Shown here: piece after piece, positions 25,248 to 39,177 of the stretch
Layout of the letters: each line of letters starts with the position of its first letter
Numbering within the stretch: position 1 is the stretch's first letter
Assembly: GCA_951406725.2 (NCBI GenBank)
Contig: OX597815.1
Span: forward strand, 55,800,001-55,864,000
Reading direction: 5' to 3'
Source of the DNA: Octopus vulgaris
Taxonomy: Eukaryota
DNA length: 64,000 nucleotides
Notes under the pieces: model-generated
The model's database searches: none
What the model saw: the letters and a program-made list of their open reading frames with translations, nothing else
Told to the model about the DNA's origin: nothing
Program-made: the position numbers and the translations under genes

Positions 25248-26164
25248 GCACAAACAAGATATTTGCGTATGAATATATTATACAAACATAATCTAAATAA
25301 TATTTAACGCATCCGCTTAACACGAATAAGTTAAATTCTAGCATCCAAAACATTCAGTCCGGATTACAAGTCCAGGCAAGGTTAGTTCCACAAAATATAA
25401 GTCCCTGTTATATGCATATTAGATTTCACAATGTTTACATTCTTGTTATATGGATATTAAATTTAATACATCCACATAATCAAATAAATTTAATTTAAAA
25501 AAAAAACATAGTAGTAACTTAAACTCCATGTCCAAGTTTAATTTAGCTCGAGGTTTGCGTTAAAGTATGCATATTAAATATATAAAGATATTTAAAATTA
25601 TATTGGGGATTAGGGAGCAGTCATTTAAATTATTGGCTATTTAACCTATGCATATTAAATATTTAAAATATATTATGGTTTAGGGAGCGGTCACATAAAT
25701 TTTTGATCTATTTCCAATTGGCTAATTCATTTAAACGCATCCGCTAGGCCTGTTTCAAAACAATATGGGTCACCAAATTGAATAAAATGTTGAATAAAAG
25801 CACATTCATTTATATGTTAAAACTTGGATAGGCATTTAAGCAACAAACACCTACACTTACGGTCGTATATGTACTTATACTTAAGAAGTGATTTTAAACA
25901 TACAAATATAATTTTTAATGCCTAGGAATATATTATAATGGCATCTATAGGCAATTTAAGTTGAATTGACTTTTGACCATAGGCTGAAACAGCGGTAAGG
26001 AGCAGTTTATTTGTATTATTTTTACATTTATATTTTTTTTACATATTGATGTATATTGTTTTGTTCGATTTTCATGTTCCAATTTGTATAATTAATAAAT
26101 AATGTAAAATTGTAATATCCGTAATTTGATGATCGAAGTGAATTTGTTTCTCCATTTTCTTATT

Positions 26165-26225
<61 letters not shown>

Positions 26226-26475
26226 GGTGTGCATTCACAGCAATGATTAGTAATTTTACGAAACCGGTATGCTTTCGAATCTCTAACAATTCACAATAAT
26301 GACTTTTATTACTTTTATTTCTACATCAGTCCATCTAATTGTATATATCTATCGTTACTTTTCATAAAAAGCCTTTACTTTTTTGATTTCCAACGTGCAT
26401 TTTCGCTTATTTTTCTTCTTACTTTCTCCTTACATTTCCACGTGTAGTTTCTATTTTCTTTTTGCAACATATTTC

Positions 26476-26518
<43 letters not shown>

Positions 26519-26544
26519 AATATATATATATACATATATATATA

Positions 26545-26600
<56 letters not shown>

Positions 26601-27395
26601 ACAGAAAGGAGAATTTCGATTATCCCCACATTACAACTCATTGTAATGTATATAAGAAATTAAAAAAAAGAAAATACCCACACTTACATAGTTTTAATAT
26701 AATTTTTAATATATCGACCGGTTTCGCTATCGCTATTCATGATATTATGTTTTACTTATTTGAATATGTATTTTTTCTTAAGAAGAAATTTTGTCCATGT
26801 TGTGTGTGATGATATTCATGAGTGAATGACTTCTCATGTAGATAAATAAGGGGAGACATACATACATAACATATATACATGCATGTATGCATACATGTGT
26901 GTAGATAAGCGTATATGTACATGTTTATTCATACATATATGTGTACAAGGTATGTATGTCTCTTCTATTTTTTTTATTAATTTAAATCTTCCACTGAGGA
27001 GGGAGCCGGTTTCCAACAAAGATACAAAGACCATCTTTGAGATGTAGTTAACACAGACAAATTCACATTTGTAACTTGAGAAAGGCCTTACATATTTTTA
27101 CTGTTCCACTCACAAATTCCACTTTATAATATACGAATTAACCGGTCGATTTCTGTTTCTGAAAATCCCAGTTTATTCAGATTCTCCTTTTAGCATTTAC
27201 AAACAAAAATGTATGTATGTATGTATGTATGTATGTATGTATGTATGTATGTGAAAGTCGATGGTATTTGTAACCCTATGTATGTGATCATGTACGATAA
27301 CTACGGAGTAATTGAAAGATAGAGTAATATGTGGTAAATAGTTCATGTGTATGTGTGTGTGTGTGCGTGTGTGTGCAAAGAAGAGAGAGAAAGAC

Positions 27396-27445
<50 letters not shown>

Positions 27446-28258
27446 AGAGAGTAAGAAAGAGAAAGAGAGAGAGAGTGATGAAAGACTGAATATGAGTGTG
27501 TAAATAGAAGAACGAAATAAGGACAAGTGTAAAGAGAGATGTTTTCAGTTAACCTGAGTTATAAATGATCACATTATACTTATGAAAATGTATCTCACTG
27601 GTCTTGTTGCACGACGGGAACTTCCAAACACCGAATATCTCAAGCTTACTTGACGTCAGCCGACGTCAACACTAACCTATATTCAGCACTAGTTCTTTTG
27701 ATTATATCAGTATGTTGCATAATGACAATTTAACTGTTGCTAGGGGTAACAGCTTTCTGTCTGAAAATGTCTATTTACACATATTGAGCAACAGCAGTCA
27801 GCGAAACATTTGTTTAATAAGCTATACATTGAAGACATGTTTCCGTGACACTAAAAACTGACGTAGTTAGCTGGTTATACTAGAGGAGAAGGTGGAGGAC
27901 GTACGAAGTAGCAGAAAGAGAGTAACGAGAGGAAGGGGAACGCAGAAGAACCGAGAAAGTAAAGAAGAAAAAGAGAGAAACAGTGGGGTGGGAAAATTGT
28001 GAGGCGAAAAGGGGGAAGAAAAAAGACGAAGAAATAGAAAAGAGAGAAAAGCAGGTATACAAGAAAAAGAATAAGAGAGAAGAGAAAAGAAAATAGTGTT
28101 AACAGAAGAAGGGAAATTACAGAGGGTGAAAAAAGAAGTTAAGCGAAGAGTAAAGGACACTGAGAGGCAGATGAAGAGAAATAAGTGAAAGAGCAGAGAG
28201 GAAAGTTGGTGCCGCGGAAGAGAGTAGAACGACTGTTAAAAGAGGAAGGGGGGGGAAG

Positions 28259-28262
<4 letters not shown>

Positions 28263-28292
<30 letters not shown>

Positions 28293-28404
28293 AAGAAGAA
28301 GAAGAAGAAGAAGAAGAAGAAGAAGAAGAAGAAGAAGAAGAAGAAGAAGAAGAAGAAGAAGAAGAAGAAGAAGAAGAAGAAGAAGAAGAAGAAGAAGAAG
28401 AAGA
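28263..28404. repeat. (AAG)n microsatellite
   Basis: Direct reading. Confidence 0.95.
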
Positions 28405-29825
28405 CAGTCGACTTTACCTTTTGTGTTTTCGAGGTCAAGAAAATAAATACCAGTTAAGCACTGGAGCAGATGTAATCGTTGCCCTACTAAAATTTGTGAA
28501 AAAATTTGGCTTTCTGAAAATATTTAAAACCATAATTATTAACTTTAGGACAGTAAAATCGTGAGAGCGTTAAGGGTTTAACCTTGAAAGGTATTGTCTT
28601 TCAAATTCCTTGAAACTTTCTCGAAGTGAATGGTTGTGATTTTATCGGAATTCAAAGTAGGCCGTTGACAGGAGTTTGAAGATTTTGCTAAATTTGGAGC
28701 CATATTTAACCACTAATATATCCAGATTGAGACGTTTTCAAAATTTTGAAACCTTGTACATGTAACCTACTCCAAGAATACATTACAAATGAATAATAAT
28801 GAAAGACTATAGCTGTCTCAATTGTTTTCCAGGTACTCCGAAATATAAGAAAAAGCAAATTTCAAATGCAAGAAGTTTTGAATGTTGGCACCTTGTAAAA
28901 AAGATTTCAATACCAAAATTCAGATATGGCAAATATTTAGATCTAGAATTATTAGTCATTGAATAGTGAGCCGCCTAAGACTCAAATCCGCCATGTTTGA
29001 CTTCGGAAATCCAATGTGGGTCCATTATTTTTTCAAACATTTTTGAAGTAATAACAGAAATGGATTTTCAAATAAAATTGGTTTCAACTCTCAAGCCAAA
29101 GTCAGTTGCCCTTAAAATGGGCAATAATCTAACCCTAAATCTCAGGGATAAGTTTAGATGGGGAACCCAAGTACACAGTAGCTTTAGGCGTAAATTAGTG
29201 AAAATTAAATTTTGGATCCATTGGAAATTATGTATTCTTTGAAAAATAGATAGCAAAAAGTTGCAAATTTTTTTCAGTTTTTGGAGTAGGAAAGGAAATA
29301 AAAGTAGCAGAAAATGACGAATGTAGTACAACGAGGAAGAATGAAACTTAAATGTCTAACTAGCCTTTTGAAAACAACTCTGAAATTGCTTTTCTCTTTC
29401 ACTATATAACTTAAACTATTGAATTGATTGGGCATTCGATTAGACAAAGTACACGATGGAAAGAAACCCAGCAACAATCATCATGAGTTGGTCATTTGAA
29501 TGACTGTAATGGACCTGAAGGACTCATAAGCTTAACATTTGTAATGTATTCTTGGAATAGGTTACATGGAAGTTTTAGCATTGACTATAAGGTACAAAGA
29601 CTTCTTCACTTCGAAAAAGTTTCGAGGAATTTGAAAAACAATACCTTTCATGGTTGGACCCTTGACGCTCTTACGATTTTACCACCCTAAAGTTAATAAT
29701 TATGGTTTCAAATTTTTTCACAAACCCAAAAATTTTAGGAAAAAGGGCATCGATTACATCGGCTCCAGTGCTTAACTGGTATTTATTTTAATGACCCCCA
29801 AAAAGATGAAAGACAAAGTTGACAT
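28405..29825. repeat. Large diverged inverted repeat (arms ~28405-28795 / 29535-29825) including a SINE fragment
   Basis: aaataaataccagttaagcactggagc vs gctccagtgcttaactggtatttattt; tgaaaggtattgt vs acaatacctttca; atgtaacctactccaagaatacattacaaatg vs catttgtaatgtattcttggaataggttacat. Confidence 0.8.
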
Positions 29826-30629
29826 CGGCATGATTTGAACTTAGAACATCAAGAGCCAGAACAAGTGTCTCTAAGCATTTTGTTCAACGTGTTTGTCGTT
29901 ACCCCATGTAACCATGGTGTAAAGTAGCTTAATTGCTGATATGTGTGCATTTGTGCATGTGTATGTTTGTGTTTCTGTGCCTGTTGAGTGAAGAGTGTGC
30001 AGATATGACTGTGTGTTAAAAAGTTCAGTTCAGACTTTGATGATACTATTGCTCATGTTTCTTCTAATATAGTGTTTGATGGAATGAAACCGTGAGAATG
30101 AAATTAGGTAGACCGATACTGTGCAGCGGAATGAGAAGCATGAAAGCACTGTTTTGAGTTCGAATCTTGATTACCCTCCCTTTATATTGATGGCGACGTG
30201 ACTGTTCCAGGTTGTGAGATTAATAAAATATAAATCCTTGACGTATGCAGACAAGTCAATTTATATATAACAATGCCTATTGCTTTATGTTCGGCGAACA
30301 CATCCACATCCACATGCGCGCACACACAGACTCAAATACACACACATATACATTTATATAAACGCATTACTTTTTTTAAAAGCTTCATATCGGGAATCAA
30401 ACAATGCATGTCTTTAAGAGCTTCTAATAGTTTCATATGTTGAGAAATATCTCAAGCATATTCTTCAGGCACAAACCACATATCATAACGAGAGAAAAAA
30501 AAACATTGAATAAGAGAAGAGAGAGAAATAGTTTGATGAAATTTTATTATCAATAAGAAAATTCAAATATTAAGGAGGTATTTTTATGAGTACTACCGGG
30601 TTACTTTGAATCCATATATTGTGACTTAA

Positions 30630-30855
<226 letters not shown>

Positions 30856-31002
30856 GGGGGGAGAAAGAGACACAAAGAATGTGCGTGTACATACATGTAC
30901 ATATATATATACATGTATTTATGCGTGAGTGCTTATATGTTTGTATATAAATATATGTATACGCACATACTCGCACGCGCGCACACACGGATAGATTGAT
31001 AA

Positions 31003-31120
<118 letters not shown>

Positions 31121-31367
31121 CGACACTGCGTACGTGCAACTACTTTTGATATAATATTGTACATTCCGTTGTTATACGTAAACAAATCGCAAATGTCTGC
31201 CTGCCTACTTGTAGTCATACTAGCTACATGATAAGCAACAAGCCAGCTGCCTCTCTCTTTAACTGGTGAATGTTCTAGGCTAGACGGCCAGAAATAGATC
31301 CTGTCAAACTGCTGATTCACTGTCTGACCGAGACATGTGTTAGGATATGTAAGAAAGTGGATTCGCA

Positions 31368-31433
31368 ATAGCACACGGCACTATAGTTGTGTCGTATTTA
31401 AAATTTTACTTTGCGTAAGCACATGTATATGTG

Positions 31434-31485
<52 letters not shown>

Positions 31486-31600
31486 CGTGCGTGTGTGTGC
31501 GTGTGTGTTTGTGTGTGCGTGCGTGCGTGTGTGCAACAGCACACGGCACTATAGTTGTGTCGTATTTAAAATTTTACTTTGCGTAAGCACATGTATGTGT
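31368..31600. repeat. Direct duplication of a ~60 bp unique segment around a (TG)n tract
   Basis: agcacacggcactatagttgtgtcgtatttaaaattttactttgcgtaagcacatgtat occurs twice, ~170 bp apart. Confidence 0.9.
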
Positions 31601-31981
31601 GTGTTTGTGTGTGCGTGCGTGCGTGTATGTATGTATGTGTGTGTATTTGTACAAACACGTATATAACTATATATATATATTTATATATTACACACACACA
31701 CACACATATGCACAAACATAAACATGCACAGACATATATACACACAGATACTTACATGTTTTTCCAAATATACCCATACACAAGCTCACATACAAATATA
31801 CACAAGTTGAATAGTGTCATTGACCAGATAATGAATACTCTCACAAAATAGAACAAAAATAAATATAATAGTATATGTGCCTTAAAGAAAATATTTACCA
31901 TTACTCTTCTATAATGTAATTTTATACACACACATATACATACATGTATACATAGCATACATACAAATATTAATAGTATAA

Positions 31982-32064
<83 letters not shown>

Positions 32065-32102
32065 TGTGTGTGTGTTTGTGTGTGTGTTTGTGTGTGTGTG
32101 TA

Positions 32103-32133
<31 letters not shown>

Positions 32134-32242
32134 ATTATCCAAAGTCTATAGTATTAAATATCCATCTTGATCAGTGTTACGTAAATATTACAATCCGATC
32201 ATATAACTTTACGCTCATCAGAGCCAACCGATATTTATGTGC

Positions 32243-32273
<31 letters not shown>

Positions 32274-32444
32274 AGACTAGCTTACGGTAAGAGTGTGGTT
32301 GTTACTTTCTGTCGCTTCCTTTCTGCTTTTTATCACCACATTCTCCCTCTTTGTTTCTCTCACCTTTCTCTCTCACTTTCCCACTCTCTTACTCTTCATT
32401 TCTCTCGGACTCTCCCTCGCTTTCTCTTACTCTCTATCTTTCTC

Positions 32445-32483
<39 letters not shown>

Positions 32484-34399
32484 TAAACAACAAAAGTTCT
32501 TCCTAATGCATAGGATTCTCGCTTCTTTGGTTGTTGACAGACACTTGGATTCTGAAGATGTCATTTGTCAAAGGCTTCGAGATTTTACTAAACTGAGTTT
32601 CCCACGCGACCAAGAGGCTATCTTTTCCAATGATTTCAGAGCCAGCTATGTTCCTTGGATTAATGCAGATCGGGTGCATTGTCGTCGATGTCTGCTCCTT
32701 TCAATTGTTTGCCTCCCATCTCAAGCTGAAAGCTCATGATCACCACGAATAGGAACACTGATATTTGCTCCCTGTCAAAATGTCCTTTTCCAGCCCCTAC
32801 TTTTCCAGGCTGTGAAGTTTTTCACAGTAAACGCATCTTCAGTGAATCCATGAACTACATTACAGGGCTATAGCAGAAGACACTTGGCCAAGGAGCCAAA
32901 CAGTGAAACTGAGCCGAACCATGTGGTTGGAATGCAAACTTCTAACCATATAACCATGCCCGCTACTTTGAGAGATAAATATTACCTTTTGTTATTAATC
33001 ATTTTTAATAAACCCTCTGGCTATTTGCAACATCAGTGCCTGATTAGGCACTGAGATTCTATATACAACACTGACGGAGAATCGGTTGCTATGTCTAGCC
33101 GGACATTTAGGGAGGCCTAAATCACGTGATCTGCCAGTTTCAGAAGCCGTAGCGGATGGTTCTTGCTCACCAGCGATATAAACACAAGTGCTTTTATGCA
33201 CTACATATCTATATGAGAAGTCTTCTCGTGGTAAATAACGGAGTATTCTGCTTCTAACACAACGTCCACTTTAAGTGGGAGGTAAATAATACCTGTTTTC
33301 ATGTTGAGTGATAATAAAAACAATTTTACATTTAACTTACTCAATACTTTTTATAGAATACATTTATTATCATTTTTTAACAAGTATAGTGTTGGCAGTG
33401 ACTTCGAAATTTCGGCCTGCTTATCCTTTAACGGTCATTGTTGTATTTATACTCAAGTTACACACGTATACAGCTGTATAAAAAGCGCAAATATATGTAT
33501 CTACCATGTTGAATAATTCCTTGCGTTTATATTTGGAAACATGCTTATGTATGTTCAACATGCACAACATTTTAATTGGAAGCTACACCAAGAAGGCAGC
33601 AAATAAGCAGCACGAAAACTGACTTCCAACTGCCACTTAATTAGTTAGAAAATAAATTTAAAAAACGATCTAATGTGAATCATAAAACGGTTAACACAAG
33701 ATTTCGAAGAATTAATACTATCATACATCAAAGAATCAAAAATACTAGGAAAACAGTTCCGCATGATAGATAGTCCCAGAATGAAAATAGTAAAGTAGAA
33801 CCTCTCTTATAACTGGCTACAGCAACAGTAAACATATGAGAATTCAGAGTAAGGCGTGTCACTCGATTAGTGACATAATAACAACAGAAAAAAAAATGTG
33901 CCACAGAACAACGATCATGAAAATATTTATAAAAATTAAGAAGCATCGTCCGAATGTCCCGGCGATAGGAGAATGGTTAAAGTTTAGCTGCCAGAATAAT
34001 GCCTCGCGTTTAAATTTAGTCAAGAAGGGAATAGATACCAGTAGAAGCACCAGTCCAGATGAAACAGCAGAATTCCATTATATGGGGGAATAACAGACTT
34101 ATAAAGATGAAAAATATATTCGAAGGAAAGATACTGATGAGCTCCATATCGGGAATCAAACTTCATATCGGCTGATCTAGCAATAGATCTAATACAATCA
34201 TTCCATGTAAGATCTTTAGAAATAGTGAGTTTTAAAAACGAAGAGTAGAAGAACGAGGAAGAACAATATCATATATAGAAATGTGAATATTAGAGATTTC
34301 TTGTGATTATTAATTAAAAGAAGTTTAGTTTTTGCAGAGTTAAGGTAATCAACTACTGAACACTCCAACCAGTCACCGAAAATAGGTTAAGTTAAAAAT

Positions 34400-35050
34400 A
34401 ACCAACCATTGCTACCCAAACAAGCAAATCCGATTTCTAATTCAAGCAAGATTGCAAAGAAGTGTCATCAGCAAAAATAGCAAGATTACACATTATGTCA
34501 TCCAGAAAATCATTAATAAAAAAAAAATTAACAAAGTCTGATTAGGAAGCCCTGGGAAAGATCAGCTGAGATGGAATAAGTAAAAATACCGTGGCCATTT
34601 AAAACAATTTTAATATTAAATTCATAGAAATAGATTGAAGAATCTTAAGAATCCTTAAAAAATTCCATGCAACTTAAACTTAGGAAGAAGATCAGCATGA
34701 CATAATTGTCAAATGTTTTCGATATGTCAAGAGCAACAATGCTTGCATCATCACAATTATCTAAAGCACGGCAGAACCATTCAATTATTATAATCAAATG
34801 TAGAGTACAAAGTACGGAAACCGTAGAGTTTGTCAGGAAATAGACAGAATGATCAAGGTCCAAAGCAAAAACCGGTTCAAAGACGCAGACATCTTGCTTA
34901 GTATAGGAAGAACGCTCACTGGGCAGTAGATCGCGTATCACATCGTTTCACAGAGTTTTTGGAAACGAAGACAACAGAGACAATTTTCTAGCAGTCAAGG
35001 AAGGGAGAGAGATTGTTTAGTATTTGTTAGAGAGGACAGAATAAAGTTCA
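34400..35050 (-). mobile_element. Highly degraded LINE reverse transcriptase fragment
   Basis: RALDNCDDASIVALDISKTFD corresponds to the RT motif LDISKAFD. Confidence 0.6.
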
Positions 35051-35084
35051 GAACAGTACTTTTGCAAAATAATGGATTCAAAAT

Positions 35085-35290
35085 TTTGGCACAAAACCAG
35101 TAATCTCTGAGAGTGGTTACGTCGATTACACTGACCCCAGTACTCAACTAGTACATATTTTATCGACCCCGAGAGAATAATAGGTAAAGTCGACTTGAAC
35201 GGAATTTGAACTCAGAACGTAAAGACAGACGAAATGCAGATAAGAATTTTGCCCGGTTTGCAAACGATTCTGCCAGCTCGCTGCCTTAAC
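35085..35290 (-). mobile_element. tRNA-derived SINE fragment
   Basis: Reverse complement has ggcagcgagctggcagaatcg...gagttcaaattcc (box B) followed by a body also seen at 28405-28480 and 29745-29850. Confidence 0.65.
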
Positions 35291-35320
35291 TTGTACAAAT
35301 TGATAGGAATATCATGTGTA

Positions 35321-35340
<20 letters not shown>

Positions 35341-35398
<58 letters not shown>

Positions 35399-36133
35399 CA
35401 CTGGGTGTGTGTCTGTCTGTGTGATTGTCCTGTCGTTAAAACTTGAGATCCACCCAACCGATTTTAATGAAATTTTACACATGCATTCCATAGGGTCCAT
35501 GGAGTGTCATGGAGCAAAAGACTTTTCGACTTCTTGCCTAATGCGGGCCCAAGAACAGATAAACCGCATCTTTGAAGCATTTTTGCAGCGTAACTTGAAT
35601 AGTATCCAGTCGCTTTCCTCCAAATTTGCAACAAACATTAATCAGGCTCCTCGAATTGCTGTTGACTAAAAAGGTTTTCGACGCCCTCAAAAATGCAGAT
35701 TAATCAGATTTGATTTGGGTTTTATCTTTATTTTAGACCATTTACCGAGAATTTAATATTTTACACTACTAATGCATTATGAATAGTATATAATATTTCA
35801 TGAAAACCTTTTTGTTCAGGCAGAGGAAATGAGAAGAACATTAAAATTTTTGTCGGCGCCCTGTTGGTGCTTCACCGGGCTATGTGCGTGTGTGCGCGGT
35901 TGAGTAAAGGCACAACAAACTCATTCATCCATTCTCCAGAAGTGCCCTGTTGATGTTTCCAATCTTGCGCAACGCAGCATGGCCTGGCAGCATGTCTGTT
36001 TTCTATGTCATCCATGTCTGAACTATATAATGCAAAATGCTCATACAAAAAAAAATTGCTGTTGTGACTCACAGCCATTTGAGTTTGACCGCGTGACCAC
36101 TTTCGGAAGCTACGCTCGCCAACTGCAATTAGT
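35341..36133 (+). mobile_element. Possible non-autonomous Helitron-like element
   Basis: TC(TA)n start followed by gtgtgtgtctgtctgt and aaccgattttaatgaaattt, as at the 5' end of 23691; the 3' end is uncertain. Confidence 0.35.
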
Positions 36134-36179
36134 CCCCCAACCCTGTGTTCCCTCCTCTGTTTAGTCGGATGAGTAAATA

Positions 36180-36647
36180 CAGGGTATCCCAGAATTAATG
36201 ATTATTTGAGTGAAATCAGATGCATTTTGTAAAACTCACTTTTATTTATGTTTATCATGTTAAAGTGTTAAAAGTGTATAAATTTTGAATTTTGTTTATA
36301 ATGTTATTTTCATTCCTGTTGGACTCCTCTTATTTGTCCATGACTGATTTTTTCAATTTGGCAGCAATCATTTACTTTACCATCCCCAAGATGGACCAAT
36401 CGTTTAGGTGAGCTTCAAGAACACATTCAGTTAGCAGTGCAGGAGTTAACTCCGGAAATGTTTCAAAATATGTTTCACCACGCTAAGAGGAGATTTGAAG
36501 TAAGCAGGGATACAGATATGTTGAAAATTTTCAATAAAAGTTTGACGTAAGATTTATAAATCTAATTGTTTTGGTAATAAAATTCTGTCAGTTTTTAAAA
36601 ATTTGCTTAATTTCATTGAAACAGATAGTTAATTCTGGAACACCCTG
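36180..36647. mobile_element. Tc1/mariner-type deletion derivative (MITE)
   Basis: TIRs cagggtatcccagaattaa / ttaattctggaacaccctg with TA on both sides. Confidence 0.85.
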
Positions 36648-37605
36648 TAAGATGTAGTGTTGTTAAGGTGTTGCATTTCTCGAGTAAATATTAAAATCAA
36701 AGGTCTTCTCGCCGTAAACATCCCATCTAAGCATATTGTATCAAGGTGTATATAATCCAAAATGCATCTCTCCTTTATAGGCGTGGATATGTGGTTGAGA
36801 AGCTTGCTTTCCAACTATGTCATCATGGGTTCAGTCTCACTATGCGGTCGTTGGGCAATTCTCTTTCATTACAGCTCCATGCCGACCAAAGCCTTGTGTA
36901 TTATATAATTGCCTTTACTGTATTAATATATAAAATAACACATACAACTCACTTATCATTGTCATATAATAAACTAACAGAAGTTCGTGAATGAAATTGA
37001 TATTTTTTTCTACTTCAACTATTACTTTTTTTTTTCTTATAAAATGCACACATGCAGGAGGAGTAAATATATAATAACACTTCGAATGTGGCTCCCGAGA
37101 AAGAGTAAAAGTAATTACCCGATCAACGATGGGTGTTACTGCTAGTAACTCTATAAATATCAAGGTTGGAAATTACCTACTCAATAGATTTAGAAATTAT
37201 GCACGTCAGATAACGAAACGTCAGAGCTTAACTTCTGAGGAATACCACAGGATTTTGTCTGCTCCATGTATTTAGCGTTATCAGATACCTTTTTGTAGTG
37301 CTTCATTGTCAATGAGGGAATAGAATTTTTTTTTTTGAAGCGTTGGCTCTGAAGCAAAGATAGCAAAAGTGGTTCCAGTGAAAAATAGCAGAGTCACATG
37401 CTGAAAGAAAATACAGGGAGAGGAATGTGGCTTACTTAACTACTGCCGATAAGGAATGAAAGCATCAAACCAGCCTGAACCCAAGTTACTACTTCAGAGT
37501 CCCAACCAGTAGTTAAAAGAGACAAGAGATTAGCTCACAGATCACAAAGAAAATTTCGAAAAGAAATTATAAGAGTTATGATGGGCTGGTGGGTCAATGT
37601 TAGAG

Positions 37606-37667
<62 letters not shown>

Positions 37668-37805
37668 CACAAGCTAGCTGATAGTGGAGGCCTTGAAATT
37701 TTCTTCAACGAATTCATATATGGCTACTAAATCTTTCGGTAGATTAATGTCGAGATGTTCTTTGACTGCTTCTGCTACTTTTGTATCGTCGGCACATCTA
37801 GTAGG

Positions 37806-37856
<51 letters not shown>

Positions 37857-39177
37857 CTGAATTGCGTTTTTACCGCTTGGATCGCTTCCAAGGCCACTAC
37901 ATCCCGTCGGATTCACTCCAAAATTTACAGGGACATGTAAAATGAGGTGACGATGCCCGTGGGCTACCTTAGAAATCTTAAAAGGTGTCGTTGCTAGGGC
38001 CAAAAACCCATTTTGACAAGTCCACTCGCGTTCTTTAATGTATCTGTCTTCCTCAACTCACTCTCGCTATTTCCTCTCTTCCCAGCACTTTTTCACTCAC
38101 TCTATTTCCTACCTTCCCATCACTTCGGCATTCTTTTATGTATCTGTCTGCATTCATAGAGAGAATTACCATCGCCACCACCAACACACAATCATGACAA
38201 CAAATATAACGTAGGTTTTTCGTATCTATTACATTTTAGCATTTATTTAGAACCCTGCAAACATTTGGTGCTAAATTTTCATTTTTTACTACTTTATTAT
38301 TTTTTCTTAAATTGATGCTTTTATTAAAATTAATTCTAATTGTCTGGGTCAACAGTTCGTTTCCTCGGAGGATATGGAAATTCCTATTACTCGTCAGACA
38401 AATAACTCCAGCACCTCACAACTATTTCAACAAAGACAACGTTACCTGCTTACCAGTCGAATTCAGCGTCAACGCTCACGTATGAGAGAGACTCCAACAC
38501 ACACACACACATATATATATATACATATATATATATATGTATAATGTGTGCATTATGTGGTCGCTTGAGCTGAAAATATGCAGACCTATGTTAAAAGTGC
38601 TGGCAAGTTTGCATGACAACTATTTTTTTTCCTCAAACGAAACGCGTGACCTCTAGGACAAAATTCCTCATCTTATAAAATGTGGCCCCAGTAGACCCGA
38701 ATGAAATCGGGTTATATTAACCAAAATGTGAAAAGGGGTCTAAATGGGGCTGGAAGGGGATTAAAATTTAAAGGAGCGGGTGTTTAGGAATTCTCTGTTA
38801 CATGAAGCTAAAAAATTTGCGCGAGCCTTTCAATCGTCAATGTGTTGCCGTCCATGATGAAGAAGTTTTGAATGCTTGCCATGGTGCGTCTACTGTCGTG
38901 AGAAAGAATCACTTCAAAACTTGGCGTTTACGAATTTTCTTTTACATCAAGTACAAAATTTTACGCCAGCCGTTAAACTGTCAAAACGCTGCTGTCCGTC
39001 GTTAAGAAATGCCAGCCATGGTGACTCTACTATCCTCAGATTCTATCCCTTCAAACTTTGGTTTCCAATATTTTATTATTTTTATTCAGCTCGCAAGATC
39101 GTCTGTCCCTTTTAAATGTTAGTGTTTTGCTGTCTGCCTTGAAGCAGACCTTTCCGTTGTTACTGCCTGATATTTAT

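Noticed and set aside
32500-32860. Minus-strand DAFTVKNFTAWK, reminiscent of a hAT zinc-finger region
   Set aside because: A single weak motif is insufficient support
34134-34170. CTGATGA followed by a short hairpin
   Set aside because: No GAAA and no stem I or III closure; a similar 21-mer at ~30382 suggests an unrelated small repeat
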